Source of the DNA: a virus
IMG/VR virus record: IMGVR_UViG_3300027728_000006
Location: 1-64,000 of that record
DNA length: 64,000 nt
Direction: 5' to 3' (one strand)
Shown: in pieces, positions 1-10,203 of the stretch
Numbering within the stretch: position 1 is the first letter of the stretch
How the letters are laid out: every line of letters starts with the position of its first letter
The notes under the pieces: model-generated
Databases searched by the model: none
Seen by the model: only the letters and a program-made list of their open reading frames with translations
Told to the model about the DNA's origin: nothing
Program-made: the position numbers and the translations under genes

Positions 1-385
1 TTTCTTTTTCTTCAAGAAGAGGATTTATCATAGTAATAATGCCTTCACGTATTCTTGCACCATATTCCTGCGCCGTTGTATTTTCGTCTCCTAACCCACA
101 ACTTAAGTAATGAGAAAGGTTAGATAAAACATCCATTGCTGCATCTCTTTGGTTGCAAATTTTATTAACTTCCAGCATATTTTCTACTGCAAGAGTATCG
201 TATTTCCGCTTTGCTTCGTCACGCTCTGCAATTAACCTGCATTCCCGTTCGCCAGAGATACCTAGCAATCTAGCCTGTTCCAATGATTCTTCTAGTGCAT
301 CGTCTCGCTCACGTTCCAAATTAATACACTTTGTAGCCCACTCTTCGACATCTAAGGCACTAACATAATGTGGTGTGTCGCTCAT
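1..385 (-). CDS. Hypothetical coiled-coil phage protein, 3' end outside the window
   Basis: Hand translation from ATG at 385: MSDTPHYVSALDVEEWATKCINLERERDDALEE...AERDEAKR...; open to the window edge; not in the ORF track. Confidence 0.65.
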   Translation of the reverse strand, partial: MSDTPHYVSALDVEEWATKCINLERERDDALEESLEQARLLGISGERECRLIAERDEAKRKYDTLAVENMLEVNKICNQRDAAMDVLSNLSHYLSCGLGDENTTAQEYGARIREGIITMINPLLEEKE

Positions 386-693
386 TTTAAATTTAAATTC
401 AAAAATGCTTCTTCTTTTTGTTTTGCCATTTCCATCCAAGCTTTCTGTCTCTCTTGAGACTCTTTATTTGCTTTAGGAGTATCACAAAGCTTCCAAAACG
501 CATTGTTAATTACTTGTTGTTGTTTTTTGTCGGAAAGCTCTCCGTTGCCAATTCGGTGGCTATAACTCCAATCATCAGCATTCTCAACTAACTCTGCAAT
601 ACCTCCGTGGTTACCTGAGATAATGAACATATTAATCCTGTGCAAAAAGAACTCGTATTGGTTTACCTTCTGTCTGAGTGTTGGCGTCTTCAT
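382..693 (-). CDS. Hypothetical protein
   Basis: ORF track 382..729; MKTPTL at 693 is the more likely start. Confidence 0.55.
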   Translation of the reverse strand: MKTPTLRQKVNQYEFFLHRINMFIISGNHGGIAELVENADDWSYSHRIGNGELSDKKQQQVINNAFWKLCDTPKANKESQERQKAWMEMAKQKEEAFLNLNLK

Positions 694-715
694 GTAGTTA
701 ATATTAGTGGAATTG

Positions 716-1078
716 TTAGGACAGGGCAAGCTTTTTTATCAATTTTCCTGTTTCATCATACATATAATCCTCAATCATATTACCTACAACTTCTAAAGAA
801 TCAAGTTCTATATTAGAAAATAGATGATGCCAATCTACAACATAAGCACATAGATCATAGCTGTATTGTACTTCTCCCATTATTTCAATACCTAAACCAT
901 ATATGCCTTTTACTACGTCTCTCTCATAAATTTCACGCATGTTCTTATCCCGAATACCAATAAACTGGTAAAGATGTTCATAAGCAATTCTATATTCACT
1001 TGCTGTCATATTAGAAAGATCAAAGTATTCAAACTTTTTTTCTTTAGAATCCCAAACTTTAAATTTTTTATTATTCAT
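716..1078 (-). CDS. YopX family protein
   Basis: KFKVWD...QFIGIRDKNMREIYERDVV...EVVGN motifs. Confidence 0.85.
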   Translation of the reverse strand: MNNKKFKVWDSKEKKFEYFDLSNMTASEYRIAYEHLYQFIGIRDKNMREIYERDVVKGIYGLGIEIMGEVQYSYDLCAYVVDWHHLFSNIELDSLEVVGNMIEDYMYDETGKLIKKLALS

Positions 1079-1096
1079 TTTTCTTTTTGAATTTTA

Positions 1097-1207
1097 TTAA
1101 AAAGACTTCTTCAATCCCCTTTTTCCAAGCTTCAGAAAATTTGGATGATTTTCCACTTCGGTTGCTAAATTTTTAGCACCTTTAAGTTTTTTTAGTTCTT
1201 TGCTCAT
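1097..1207 (-). CDS. Small hypothetical protein, possibly frameshifted
   Basis: MSKELKKLKGAKNLATEVENHPNF...; the -1 frame continues SEAWKKGIEEVFLIKFKKKNE* to 1071. Confidence 0.4.
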   Translation of the reverse strand: MSKELKKLKGAKNLATEVENHPNFLKLGKRGLKKSF

Positions 1208-1239
1208 GTAGGTAATATTAGAGATTATTTCTGGAACTG

Positions 1240-1518
1240 TCAATCTTTATTTTCATCTTCTCCAAAAATTAATTTGTGCAATCTATCTAAACCTTCTTGA
1301 TGAACTTCCCATTCCTTTTTAAGACCCAAACAATAGCAAATCTTTTCTGCTAAAGGATAAAGAAAGTCTTGTTCGTATTTCAAGTATACATAAAGATAAT
1401 AAGGTTTTTTAGTCTTAAACAATCTCATTAACCACATGATTATATTTGCAATCAATTCAGAGAATCTAAATAAACCCCCTACTATTACATGAGATACTAT
1501 TTTTTGTTTGAGTGTCAT
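1240..1518 (-). CDS. Hypothetical protein
   Basis: ORF tightly packed with its neighbours. Confidence 0.55.
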   Translation of the reverse strand: MTLKQKIVSHVIVGGLFRFSELIANIIMWLMRLFKTKKPYYLYVYLKYEQDFLYPLAEKICYCLGLKKEWEVHQEGLDRLHKLIFGEDENKD

Positions 1519-1520
1519 CA

Positions 1521-1751
1521 TTACATTAATTCTTTTGGTGGAAAATCATCTTCTAATTCAATCCAGCCTTGAAATTCATCTGGATTTTCATTGTAATATT
1601 CTGTGTTACAAATTTGCCATTTCGGAATATATGTATTTGATTCACAATAATTCTCATCCTTCCAAAGAGCAAGAACTACATTTGTGTAACCATTTACTTC
1701 TCTAATTTCTGGAAGTCTATCGGTAATAATATCTGATCGTTTAATTTTCAT
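1521..1751 (-). CDS. Hypothetical protein
   Basis: ATG-start ORF in an operon-like array. Confidence 0.6.
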   Translation of the reverse strand: MKIKRSDIITDRLPEIREVNGYTNVVLALWKDENYCESNTYIPKWQICNTEYYNENPDEFQGWIELEDDFPPKELM

Positions 1752-1752
1752 A

Positions 1753-2061
1753 TTAAGGACTAGTCGTAATTGGATATGGATAATTCTTCGGCCAATCTAT
1801 TTTTTCTTTATTACGAAACTTAGAAGGTTCAAATGATGTAGGAAGTAATGGTGAGCTATTTTTCTCGTCCAGCAAATTCAAACCATCCACAATTCTTTTG
1901 AGGTTGGAAAGCGTATACATATTAATCGATCCTTCAGAAGCAATTTTTCCTTCACCCAAAGTATAAGGATGTACTTCAGAAGACCAACCAAATTTTGGAA
2001 CACTAAAATTAAGTTCTGCTCTCAAACAAAGTTTCCATCGTTCTCCGTTATAGATTTCCAA
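1753..2061 (-). CDS. Hypothetical protein, possibly the C-terminal part of 2091..2528
   Basis: Its frame stays open upstream of the TTG into the preceding ORF. Confidence 0.5.
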   Translation of the reverse strand: MEIYNGERWKLCLRAELNFSVPKFGWSSEVHPYTLGEGKIASEGSINMYTLSNLKRIVDGLNLLDEKNSSPLLPTSFEPSKFRNKEKIDWPKNYPYPITTSP

Positions 2062-2090
2062 GAAGTATGTTGGTCTATTTTTGCAATGAA

Positions 2091-2528
2091 TTACGTCAGA
2101 AGGATAAATTCCACTTTGTTTGGTTTTGGTTTTTCTTCTTTAAATTCTGATTTATTATGATATTCTCCAAAAGAATTCCAATCTTCTTCTGTCATTTTTT
2201 GATCAACTTCATCGTAGAAGATCATTTTGTCTTTTGTAATTTCGTACTCTTCGCATTCCTTTTCTATTGCATCTGCTTCTTGTTGCTCATATGATACTTC
2301 GTCAACTGGAGTTTGTTTATTTTTTAAAGTGTCTAATACGATAATATCTGCTACCTTGTACCAATCGTTTGTTTTATTAGAAGAATGTTCAAGACAGACA
2401 TATTCACCTGAATCAGAAAATTCTGAAATAATTGCTTCCCATTGAAGAGTTTGACGGCATTTATGACAGTATAAAATTCTTGTATTTTCTTTGTAATCTT
2501 TAATGTTTTTTGATCCTGTTGTTTTCAT
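2091..2528 (-). CDS. Hypothetical protein with CxxC
   Basis: YCHKC...VCLEH; acidic C-terminal half. Confidence 0.6.
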   Translation of the reverse strand: MKTTGSKNIKDYKENTRILYCHKCRQTLQWEAIISEFSDSGEYVCLEHSSNKTNDWYKVADIIVLDTLKNKQTPVDEVSYEQQEADAIEKECEEYEITKDKMIFYDEVDQKMTEEDWNSFGEYHNKSEFKEEKPKPNKVEFILLT

Positions 2529-2566
2529 AATTTATTTCAAAAAGTATAACACACTAAAATATATTG

Positions 2567-2731
2567 TCACACAAAAGGAATACCAGCAAAGAAACATAAA
2601 AACGATGCTATTGCTAAGATTGGATTGCCAAAAGTTCCTTCTTTAGATCCCTTGGCACACATTAAGCCAAAGATAAAAACTAAAATTGTTGCAACAATAG
2701 GAAACCAAATTGCTGAGAATGTAATAGTCAT
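2567..2731 (-). CDS. Small membrane protein (two hydrophobic segments)
   Basis: Hand translation MTITFSAIWFPIVATILVFIFGLMCAKGSKEGTFGNPILAIASFLCFFAGIPFV*. Confidence 0.5.
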   Translation of the reverse strand: MTITFSAIWFPIVATILVFIFGLMCAKGSKEGTFGNPILAIASFLCFFAGIPFV

Positions 2732-2734
2732 GAA

Positions 2735-3178
2735 TTATTTTTTAAAGGGACAATCACTCAACCAACAATCACAAACCAAACATTCTCCATTATGATCTGG
2801 ATTGCATGGTAATTGAAATATATTACCAACAACTTCAAAGTAATATTTCATATAGTCCATTAAGATTTTAGTTTCAAAAATATTCTTACCTTTGACTCCA
2901 AATGATGCTTTGTCTTCAAGCCATATAACTTCCCCAAATAAGTCTTCGGTTTTAGTATAGCCAAAGCGTACTCTGTCACCTTCATATATGTCTTTTCCAT
3001 TTCGATCAATAAATCCAGTCCATTGTTGTACAACATATTCATCCCCCCCAGAACCATTCTGAAGGTTTTGAAATTGTCCATTCAAATAAAGAACATAATG
3101 TCCTTGATATCCTTTGTCTGGATAGAAGAATCGTTTTTCTAGTTTATCCCAAGCTCGGAATTTTAGTTGTCTTTGCAT
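2735..3178 (-). CDS. YopX family protein with Cys-rich C-terminal tail
   Basis: KFRAWDK...QWTGFIDRNGKDIYEGD...EVVGNIFQ followed by CNPDHNGECLVCDCWLSDCP. Confidence 0.9.
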   Translation of the reverse strand: MQRQLKFRAWDKLEKRFFYPDKGYQGHYVLYLNGQFQNLQNGSGGDEYVVQQWTGFIDRNGKDIYEGDRVRFGYTKTEDLFGEVIWLEDKASFGVKGKNIFETKILMDYMKYYFEVVGNIFQLPCNPDHNGECLVCDCWLSDCPFKK

Positions 3179-3240
3179 ATTTTTTTCTCTTTACACTAAC
3201 TTATTTTTTTTCCAGGTCAAGCTTTTAATTTATGTTGGCA

Positions 3241-4071
3241 TTACTGTATAAAATGGTTATATAATTTCTGATCCCAATATTTCCGTTCTTTGAATTTTAC
3301 CTGAGCCTCTGCTGAGAGTTCTTCAAATTTTATTTTTTTATATGTATTTTCATTTTTTTTGTTTGCAAGCGCTTCTTTATCAAAAGAGTCCGAGTTAAAG
3401 CATTCTAACAATATTTTTTTAATTGCTTTTTCCGTATCCTTGCTATCGTATATATTGAGTGACTTAAGAAACTCACAGGCTTTATCGAAGTCTTCTTTTG
3501 TTAATTCCCTTCCCCGTGGCGGGATATCTAATGAATTTCTAATCAACCAGCTATCTTGTAATTGCAATGACATTACGTGTTCTTCAAAAGAAGATGATTT
3601 AAATATTCCATGAGTGCGTTCATGCTTTGATTTTTCGGAAGTAAGGTAATGATAAAGGGATTGCTCTCTAGAAAATGGATCTCTTAATATTATGAATTTA
3701 TACAAATTAGATTTATTCAAAACGTTGAAAAGGGGCTTTAGCAATGTATCAGTAAGCCTAAAGCCATCTGGTTTAATAAATACTGAATGTATAGATAATT
3801 TTTGTAAAATATCTTCTGTTAAATCATCGATGCTCAGATTCCAAATTATTTTGCCATCGTTTAAAGACGTAAATTTATCACACTGATTTAAAAAATTCAA
3901 ATCATCAAATGCAATAAATTTTGCAATATGCCTTTTTGATTCTGACAAAACTCTAATTATACGAGTTTTATTTTGACTTAATTTTCTGGCTTCATTGAGA
4001 AAACATTGAAACACGTAGGTTCCGGAATTTTTCGGAATGTGATAAAATACTGGGATGGTATTGATTTTCAT
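3241..4071 (-). CDS. Sulfotransferase family 2-like protein
   Basis: 5'-PSB-like HIPKNSGT and 3'-PB-like LRDPFSREQSLY; C-terminal DQKLY. Confidence 0.8.
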   Translation of the reverse strand: MKINTIPVFYHIPKNSGTYVFQCFLNEARKLSQNKTRIIRVLSESKRHIAKFIAFDDLNFLNQCDKFTSLNDGKIIWNLSIDDLTEDILQKLSIHSVFIKPDGFRLTDTLLKPLFNVLNKSNLYKFIILRDPFSREQSLYHYLTSEKSKHERTHGIFKSSSFEEHVMSLQLQDSWLIRNSLDIPPRGRELTKEDFDKACEFLKSLNIYDSKDTEKAIKKILLECFNSDSFDKEALANKKNENTYKKIKFEELSAEAQVKFKERKYWDQKLYNHFIQ

Positions 4072-4095
4072 AATTTAAATTTAATATAGCGCTAT

Positions 4096-4377
4096 CTATT
4101 CTAGTTGTTTTTGTATTAAAATGGTGATTTTTCTACAATTACCGTAACTATCGTAAAGAAACATGGAGGAATCGGAAACCTTTACTGTTTTGTTGTCCTT
4201 TTCAAAAAAATGAATAGTTTCTACCATTCTGGTTTCATCTAGTGATAAATACATGAATTCTTGATCCGGATATCCTAAGTCATAAAGTTCTGGATACATT
4301 AGGGTTCCGCTGTTCAGTTGAACGGCTGAAGCTTCCTGTATAAGCTCAAAAGCCTCTTCAATAGATACAGTTTTCAT
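4096..4377 (-). CDS. Hypothetical protein
   Basis: ATG-start ORF on the coding strand. Confidence 0.6.
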   Translation of the reverse strand: MKTVSIEEAFELIQEASAVQLNSGTLMYPELYDLGYPDQEFMYLSLDETRMVETIHFFEKDNKTVKVSDSSMFLYDSYGNCRKITILIQKQLE

Positions 4378-4437
4378 AAATTTTTATCAAGTTCTTGATA
4401 TTTTAAGTGAAAACTTTAACACAAACTTGTAATGTTG

Positions 4438-5349
4438 TCAATAGTTTTTATCTCCAGTTAATAAACTTCGAAAGTTCCCCACTAGAAACTTGGATTTTTC
4501 TTTTTGCCAATCTACATGTTTATACTTGTTCTTGTATGCTTCGTTTAAGAAGTCTTCCGTTAAGTCGTCCCACTTATCTACTATTAAAAGCGGTAAATTG
4601 TAAATGTCTCTTAGTTCTCTGTGCGCGATATAATTAGTTACTACGGGTACTGTTTCGGATAGAATAGACTCGCATATCTTAGGAGTCTGAATTCCATTCC
4701 CTAATGGGCATGCAAAGAATTTATAATCACTCAGCTTTTCAAAATAATCTAACGGATCACAAAACATATTATCCATGAATTGAGAGCTACGCGTGAACTC
4801 TGCTAGCAATCCTCTGTCTTGAACTGTTTTGGTTACTGAAGGCCATCTACTACCAAAAGCAGAACCAATTAGTCTGGTTTTAGTTTTTGGTTTGTTTATT
4901 TGGTGTAGTATTTGATCTCCTCCACATCTTAACATATAAGCCATAATCGTACCCATAGGTATGGTGGTTACCCAATCACATTCTATGTCTTTTGCTTCAT
5001 AATAAATATGTTTAAATAGATGTTTAACTTCTTTTAAATATTCAATATTTTTACTTAAATGTATATCATCTCCAGCGCACACAAGACTATCAAATTCGCC
5101 TGGATGATTCGTAAGAATGGTTTTTATCCTACGGAGTCGGGCAACATCACAATAAACATTATTTGTCGTAAAGTCAGTATTAACATTTATTTGTTGATGA
5201 ATTATACTAATATTAAAGTTTTTAAACACGAGCGGTATTATTAATAAGTGTTTTTCAATTTCTTGCTGTGATAATAAATTTGACTTAAACCATGTTAAAA
5301 AACGCGGATCATATCTAAAGTTAAGAATATCGTGAATAGAATTAATCAT
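4438..5349 (-). CDS. Exostosin-like (GT47-like) glycosyltransferase
   Basis: YKFFACPLGNGIQTPKICESILSETVPVV and LPLLIVDKWDDLT resemble the exostosin C-terminal motif. Confidence 0.7.
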   Translation of the reverse strand: MINSIHDILNFRYDPRFLTWFKSNLLSQQEIEKHLLIIPLVFKNFNISIIHQQINVNTDFTTNNVYCDVARLRRIKTILTNHPGEFDSLVCAGDDIHLSKNIEYLKEVKHLFKHIYYEAKDIECDWVTTIPMGTIMAYMLRCGGDQILHQINKPKTKTRLIGSAFGSRWPSVTKTVQDRGLLAEFTRSSQFMDNMFCDPLDYFEKLSDYKFFACPLGNGIQTPKICESILSETVPVVTNYIAHRELRDIYNLPLLIVDKWDDLTEDFLNEAYKNKYKHVDWQKEKSKFLVGNFRSLLTGDKNY

Positions 5350-5412
5350 TATTTATTACTTGTATGTTTTTCTTTGTATGGTTTAGCAATTCTAAATTTA
5401 TACTAACGTTTT

Positions 5413-6150
5413 TTATATAAATTGATTTAAAACCTCAAGCATTTTTTCTACTTTTTTATCTGCTATGCCTTCAGATCTGTAACATCCAGCAATATGAACT
5501 ATAGAAGACTCCTCCAGATTTATTAAATTTATTTCACTCCACATATTTCGCCGTTGTATTCCATATAAATGCACATATTTTGACAAAGTCGGAGTTAATA
5601 AATTTTTATCACACGCTAAAAACTCATTAAAGAAAGGTTGCTCGGATGATTTTATACCTTTAAATCTTTTAAATCTTTCTATATATTTTAGTAAATCTTC
5701 TAATGCTAATTTTTGATTTTTATTGAAACCGAATGTGCCAGCGTTAAACGCGGGTCCTTCCACGCATTGTTTTTCAAAAAGTCTAAAAAATTTAGGCATG
5801 ATTCTATCTTTCTCATTGATGCTGAATCTCTCTCTTACTCCGTGAATAACATCTTTATTACTATTAATAGTATCAAAAATATTACTTAACGGCTTTATTG
5901 CGAATGCGTCCGAGTCTAAATATAAAAAATTATCATAATGGTGAAACGACTTCCACTTCACTATGCTATATTTAGCTGTATAAAATGGGTCGAATTCTGG
6001 ACAAATAAATGACTCTACATCAAGACCAAAATCCACTGGCGTTATGCAGCAAACGTGTATTTCGGGGTTATATTTTCTCAAAAGTTTCAAATTATGCTTA
6101 AAGCATTCTAAATAAGACTCATCGAATGCGTAATATACAAGGTTTTTCAT
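5413..6150 (-). CDS. GT-A fold glycosyltransferase, GT8-like
   Basis: LYLDSD (DxD), FNAGTF, SEQPFFN, IVHIAG. Confidence 0.75.
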   Translation of the reverse strand: MKNLVYYAFDESYLECFKHNLKLLRKYNPEIHVCCITPVDFGLDVESFICPEFDPFYTAKYSIVKWKSFHHYDNFLYLDSDAFAIKPLSNIFDTINSNKDVIHGVRERFSINEKDRIMPKFFRLFEKQCVEGPAFNAGTFGFNKNQKLALEDLLKYIERFKRFKGIKSSEQPFFNEFLACDKNLLTPTLSKYVHLYGIQRRNMWSEINLINLEESSIVHIAGCYRSEGIADKKVEKMLEVLNQFI

Positions 6151-6199
6151 AAGATCATATAATTTCCTTTTAATTCAGTTGTTAATTCATTCTTCATAT

Positions 6200-6817
6200 T
6201 TATTCCTTACTGTAATTATACGTCAAAAAATCTTTATCATAAAGTTTGTTTACAAGAATTTTAGCTTCTAAACTCAAAGAATGCCCATGTGGGCTATGAC
6301 CAAATTTTCCCAACTTTTTTTCTCTCAATCCGAGCGTATTGCATATATTTTTAAAATCTTCTTCTAACGTTTCAAATTTTCCAATATAATCAATTGGTTC
6401 GTCTAGTATGCTTCCATATACGCAATTTTCTCTGTGTGTTTCATTCTCGACTTCTTCCCTTTTATAAAATCGGCAATCATGCTCTATTAAAATAGGGGTT
6501 CCGAATAATTTTTTATACTCATTTATATGTTGATCCGTAATTATACCAGCGAACGGAACGGCATCGCCATAGTAAATTTTACGCATTTTATCAAAAGTGG
6601 TCATGCTCAGCATTCTTGAATATGGATCGCGGACAAATGAAAATTTAAAATAGTCGTTCCAATATTCAGAATAAAGTTTCTTAGCTTGACTAGCAATCAA
6701 ATGCTTTGTTTTCCTGTCAACATTCCACCAGTCGTCCCCAATTAATGCTCGCTCAATACTGGACCCTGCTGTTCGAGGGATATGAATAAATATGCATTTT
6801 AGTTCGTGCGAGATCAT
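6200..6817 (-). CDS. Sulfotransferase family 2 protein
   Basis: MISHELKCIFIHIPRTAGSS, FSFVRDPYSRMLS, YIGKFETLEEDF, DF..YNY. Confidence 0.88.
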   Translation of the reverse strand: MISHELKCIFIHIPRTAGSSIERALIGDDWWNVDRKTKHLIASQAKKLYSEYWNDYFKFSFVRDPYSRMLSMTTFDKMRKIYYGDAVPFAGIITDQHINEYKKLFGTPILIEHDCRFYKREEVENETHRENCVYGSILDEPIDYIGKFETLEEDFKNICNTLGLREKKLGKFGHSPHGHSLSLEAKILVNKLYDKDFLTYNYSKE

Positions 6818-6824
6818 AATATTA

Positions 6825-7523
6825 TTAAAATTCAATTGGCGTCCACTCGTCAAACACAAATATATCTCCGTGCCATCGGGGTCCGCCTTTAGGATAAAAA
6901 ACGCTTTTTGAATGACTTAAAAAACCCATCCACCAACTAAACGTTCCCTTACTTAGAACTAAATTACCAAAATCTTTTGCAAAATTTATAGTTTCTACTG
7001 GCTCATTTTCATACAAGGTTAAATTGAATTTATTAATCAAGTGCGTTATGATTTCGTTAGAAGGGTCGTCGCTACTAATATATCCTTTTTTGAATTTAGA
7101 TTGTTCGATAGCTTGAACATAATAAGCAAGACTGGGAACTCTATTGTTTGGGACGCAATCTCCCAATCTAACATGAATAAATAAATCATCTTTGTGTTGT
7201 TGATCATATTGTAAATCGAATTGATTTAACATTTCTTGTTTGTATTGTAAAATAAAGTTTTTGTTTTGACAGCTATAATTTAAATACAAACCATGATCAA
7301 TACTTTGTTTACTTAAGATTTTGTTAAAGTTTATTCCAGTAACTGTAACTGTGTTTTCAAATATTTGAGTTCCTTGCTCGTAAAATCTGGGCTGTAATAT
7401 TTGCATTTTTTCAAGTTTTGCATATTTTTCAACTTTAATGTCGAACTTTTTTGACATTATGCTGGCCGCACAATTTCTAAACATTGCATTTCCTAACCTG
7501 CCTTGGTCTTTAATTGTAATCAT
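6825..7523 (-). CDS. GT11 alpha-1,2-fucosyltransferase-like protein
   Basis: GRLGNAMF, IHVRLGD and GTFSWW motifs. Confidence 0.82.
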   Translation of the reverse strand: MITIKDQGRLGNAMFRNCAASIMSKKFDIKVEKYAKLEKMQILQPRFYEQGTQIFENTVTVTGINFNKILSKQSIDHGLYLNYSCQNKNFILQYKQEMLNQFDLQYDQQHKDDLFIHVRLGDCVPNNRVPSLAYYVQAIEQSKFKKGYISSDDPSNEIITHLINKFNLTLYENEPVETINFAKDFGNLVLSKGTFSWWMGFLSHSKSVFYPKGGPRWHGDIFVFDEWTPIEF

Positions 7524-8452
7524 TTTAATTTTAAAATCTCCCTGAGTCTACACAAGTCTACACTTGATTCTCTTCGGTTTATTAGTTTTATAATTTGGGA
7601 TTCTATTGTTTCATTAGATATCCACGCCAAATCAGATGCTAATTTTTGAGTTATCCAGTTAGCTTTTAAATATTGATACACATTTTCCGCATTACCTCTG
7701 TAAAGAACAGCCCAAAGACCACAATTTCCGGAGTAGGTTATTATATGTTTAGTTTTTGACATAATAATAATAGCAGCTAAAAAATAACAAGCGTGTTGTT
7801 TCCTTTCATGTCTTGGCAGAGAATGATGAACAGATGACTTCGGATCATGATTTATCATAGACAATTCATCAAACCAAAAACTATTTGGAAACCTCTGTTT
7901 AAATGCTTCTGCAAATTCAAGCTCGTCTGTTTGTATTAAGAATTTTATATGTGGATTCTTTTGTAGGATTTCTTCAGTCTTATTAAAGAATTGTTCATAC
8001 TCGGCTAATCCGGTTTCACTTGCTTTGTCATTTCCTCTATAATAAACGGAACATATATTATCGTAATCTAGTTTATATTTTTTTTCTAGTGTTTCTATAA
8101 TATTTCTTATTGTAATGCTAGGGGAAAAAAATGCTTTTATTAATGGCACAACGTTTTTAAAATCAATATTTTTGTATTTTTGATATTGCCGAGGAAGGAA
8201 ATAATTAATTTTCTCTACTGTTGATGCAATAGCTGTTTGCTCAAAAAAATATTTTGTTAAGTCGTCTACTGTATCGTCAACTTCTTCTTTGTAATTTCTA
8301 AATTGCGCTGAAGAATCTACGGTTCGAGGCAACTCGTTATTTTTATTAATAAAATTAATAATTTGTTTCAGTCTAACCGAGCAATTAGAAAAAAAACCAG
8401 CTGTTTTACAATGGCTTGTTTTTAATATTAAGTTTTTATTATCAAAAATCAT
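7520..8452 (-). CDS. Fucosyltransferase-like protein (NodZ/GT23 or O-FucT-like)
   Basis: AGFFSN, SVYYRGNDK, LIQTD, MSKTKHII...N motifs. Confidence 0.65.
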   Translation of the reverse strand: MIFDNKNLILKTSHCKTAGFFSNCSVRLKQIINFINKNNELPRTVDSSAQFRNYKEEVDDTVDDLTKYFFEQTAIASTVEKINYFLPRQYQKYKNIDFKNVVPLIKAFFSPSITIRNIIETLEKKYKLDYDNICSVYYRGNDKASETGLAEYEQFFNKTEEILQKNPHIKFLIQTDELEFAEAFKQRFPNSFWFDELSMINHDPKSSVHHSLPRHERKQHACYFLAAIIIMSKTKHIITYSGNCGLWAVLYRGNAENVYQYLKANWITQKLASDLAWISNETIESQIIKLINRRESSVDLCRLREILKLK

Positions 8453-8457
8453 TAAAT

Positions 8458-9510
8458 TTATTTTAATGGCAATATCTTTTTTAATTCCGCTACATCAATA
8501 GTGCAATCGATTTTTTTCAGCATATGTATTGTTTTTTTAGTTTTTTCCTGAAGATCAGGCTCATCAGCAATTTCTTTTAGCACTTCTGTAGGCAGAATGC
8601 AAGGAATTATATAATATTCAGCAAAAACTTCGATTGCTCCTGCAAAAAGTCTGCTAAAGGTCTTTTTTTTAGTGGGGCAAAACTCTATAACTTTTGGTTT
8701 TTTCGCGGGATCTAAAAAAATTAAATTACTCATAACTCCTCCGTGTAGACCTACTAGAATCTCGACATTGCTGAAAATTTCATATTGTTTAGAAATGGGA
8801 ACACTGCTTCCGTCGCACTCTTCTCCGTTAAAAAAATAAAATTCCAGATTATTTTCTTCTGCATATTCTTTCAAATACTCTATAATATTATTTTCGTTTT
8901 GTTGGGTTATATTTCTACCATGACGAGCAGAGGTGCTACTTCTAGAGCAAAATAGCAAAAAATTTTTTGGCTTGTTTACTATAGGATTTTGCTTGTGAAA
9001 AATTGACTTCAAATTAGCAACATTGTTTAATTTATTAATATAAGATGTGGGGCAATGATTCACTATCTCTAATTTATCAAAATTCAACAAATATTTTTCT
9101 TCCGAAGTTGAACTGATAAATTTAATTCTATCCGATAATTTTAAGTTGAAAGTTTCTATTACTTTTTCCATTAAGGGCGTCTTGGTTATTAAAATGCAGT
9201 CATATTCGGGGTAAGTGTCGTCAACTGAAAAAATTTCTGAAAAAACTTCTGAGTATATGTGTCCATACTGATTAGAATGATTTAAATTTAAAATCATCAT
9301 ATTCTTTGCATTTATGACGGTTTCTTTTATTTGTTTTATAAGCCTACTTCGAAATAAATTAGACCAAGATGGTTTTACCATCACTTCAATAAGTGAGTCT
9401 GCAACGTATGCGTAAACTGAGTCTGAAGAGGTAAAGCCTCTAAGATTTTTTTGCTCGATTTTTCTTTTTAGAATAAAATTATTAGTATTTTTTTCCATAA
9501 CATTTTTCAA
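8458..9510 (-). CDS. GT61 family glycosyltransferase
   Basis: QYGHIYSE, SR...R, QYEIF...LVGLHGGVMSNLIF...KVIEF. Confidence 0.8.
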   Translation of the reverse strand: MKNVMEKNTNNFILKRKIEQKNLRGFTSSDSVYAYVADSLIEVMVKPSWSNLFRSRLIKQIKETVINAKNMMILNLNHSNQYGHIYSEVFSEIFSVDDTYPEYDCILITKTPLMEKVIETFNLKLSDRIKFISSTSEEKYLLNFDKLEIVNHCPTSYINKLNNVANLKSIFHKQNPIVNKPKNFLLFCSRSSTSARHGRNITQQNENNIIEYLKEYAEENNLEFYFFNGEECDGSSVPISKQYEIFSNVEILVGLHGGVMSNLIFLDPAKKPKVIEFCPTKKKTFSRLFAGAIEVFAEYYIIPCILPTEVLKEIADEPDLQEKTKKTIHMLKKIDCTIDVAELKKILPLK

Positions 9511-10142
9511 AATTCATATTTAAAATTACTTATGTCCCATTCGAATAATTTTCCTATAGTATTTTTTGTTTCCTCGTCGTAATAATCTGCGTAAGGGATT
9601 CTTGTTGTAAATTTTTCTATATTATTTACTTGGGGTATGCCGCAACTTAAATCAAGTTGTAATTTGTCTTTTATATTAAGAATGTCTTTTTCGATATGCT
9701 CTAATCTAATTACGTAATCTAAAAAAAACTTATTTTGAAAAAACATATATGGTATAGTAGCCACTTGAGAATTAAAATCGTTTTTATAATATTTATAAAC
9801 ATACTCTTTAAATGACATAATATTCGAATCTTGAACATATCTTGGCATTTCTTTGTCGGGTCTTTTGACTGTGTAGTAATCGTATTCTTTATACCTGGTA
9901 TGATTATAGAATGATACCGCCCTATCCCAAGGGTTTCTTATTATAGAAAACTTGAAAAAGTCTTTGATTTGAAGATTTTTTTCTGTTAATTTGTCTACAT
10001 GGATCTTTAAAGAAGCATGTTTAAAAGCGTGAATATTTGGATATTCATTTCTCAATTTAAGAAAACCTATGAGGTTTTCTATAGAGGTTCCCCCACATTT
10101 AGGTGGATGAGTGAATATAAATTTTTTATTTAAATCGTACAT
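9507..10142 (-). CDS. Sulfotransferase family 2 protein
   Basis: FTHPPKCGGTS, IRNPWDRAVSFY, YADYYD...D...F.Y.F. Confidence 0.88.
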   Translation of the reverse strand: MYDLNKKFIFTHPPKCGGTSIENLIGFLKLRNEYPNIHAFKHASLKIHVDKLTEKNLQIKDFFKFSIIRNPWDRAVSFYNHTRYKEYDYYTVKRPDKEMPRYVQDSNIMSFKEYVYKYYKNDFNSQVATIPYMFFQNKFFLDYVIRLEHIEKDILNIKDKLQLDLSCGIPQVNNIEKFTTRIPYADYYDEETKNTIGKLFEWDISNFKYEF

Positions 10143-10203
10143 GATTAAGCTTAAAAATTGATAAATTTATTATATCATGTTTTTTTTAAATACTCCATAA
10201 TAA

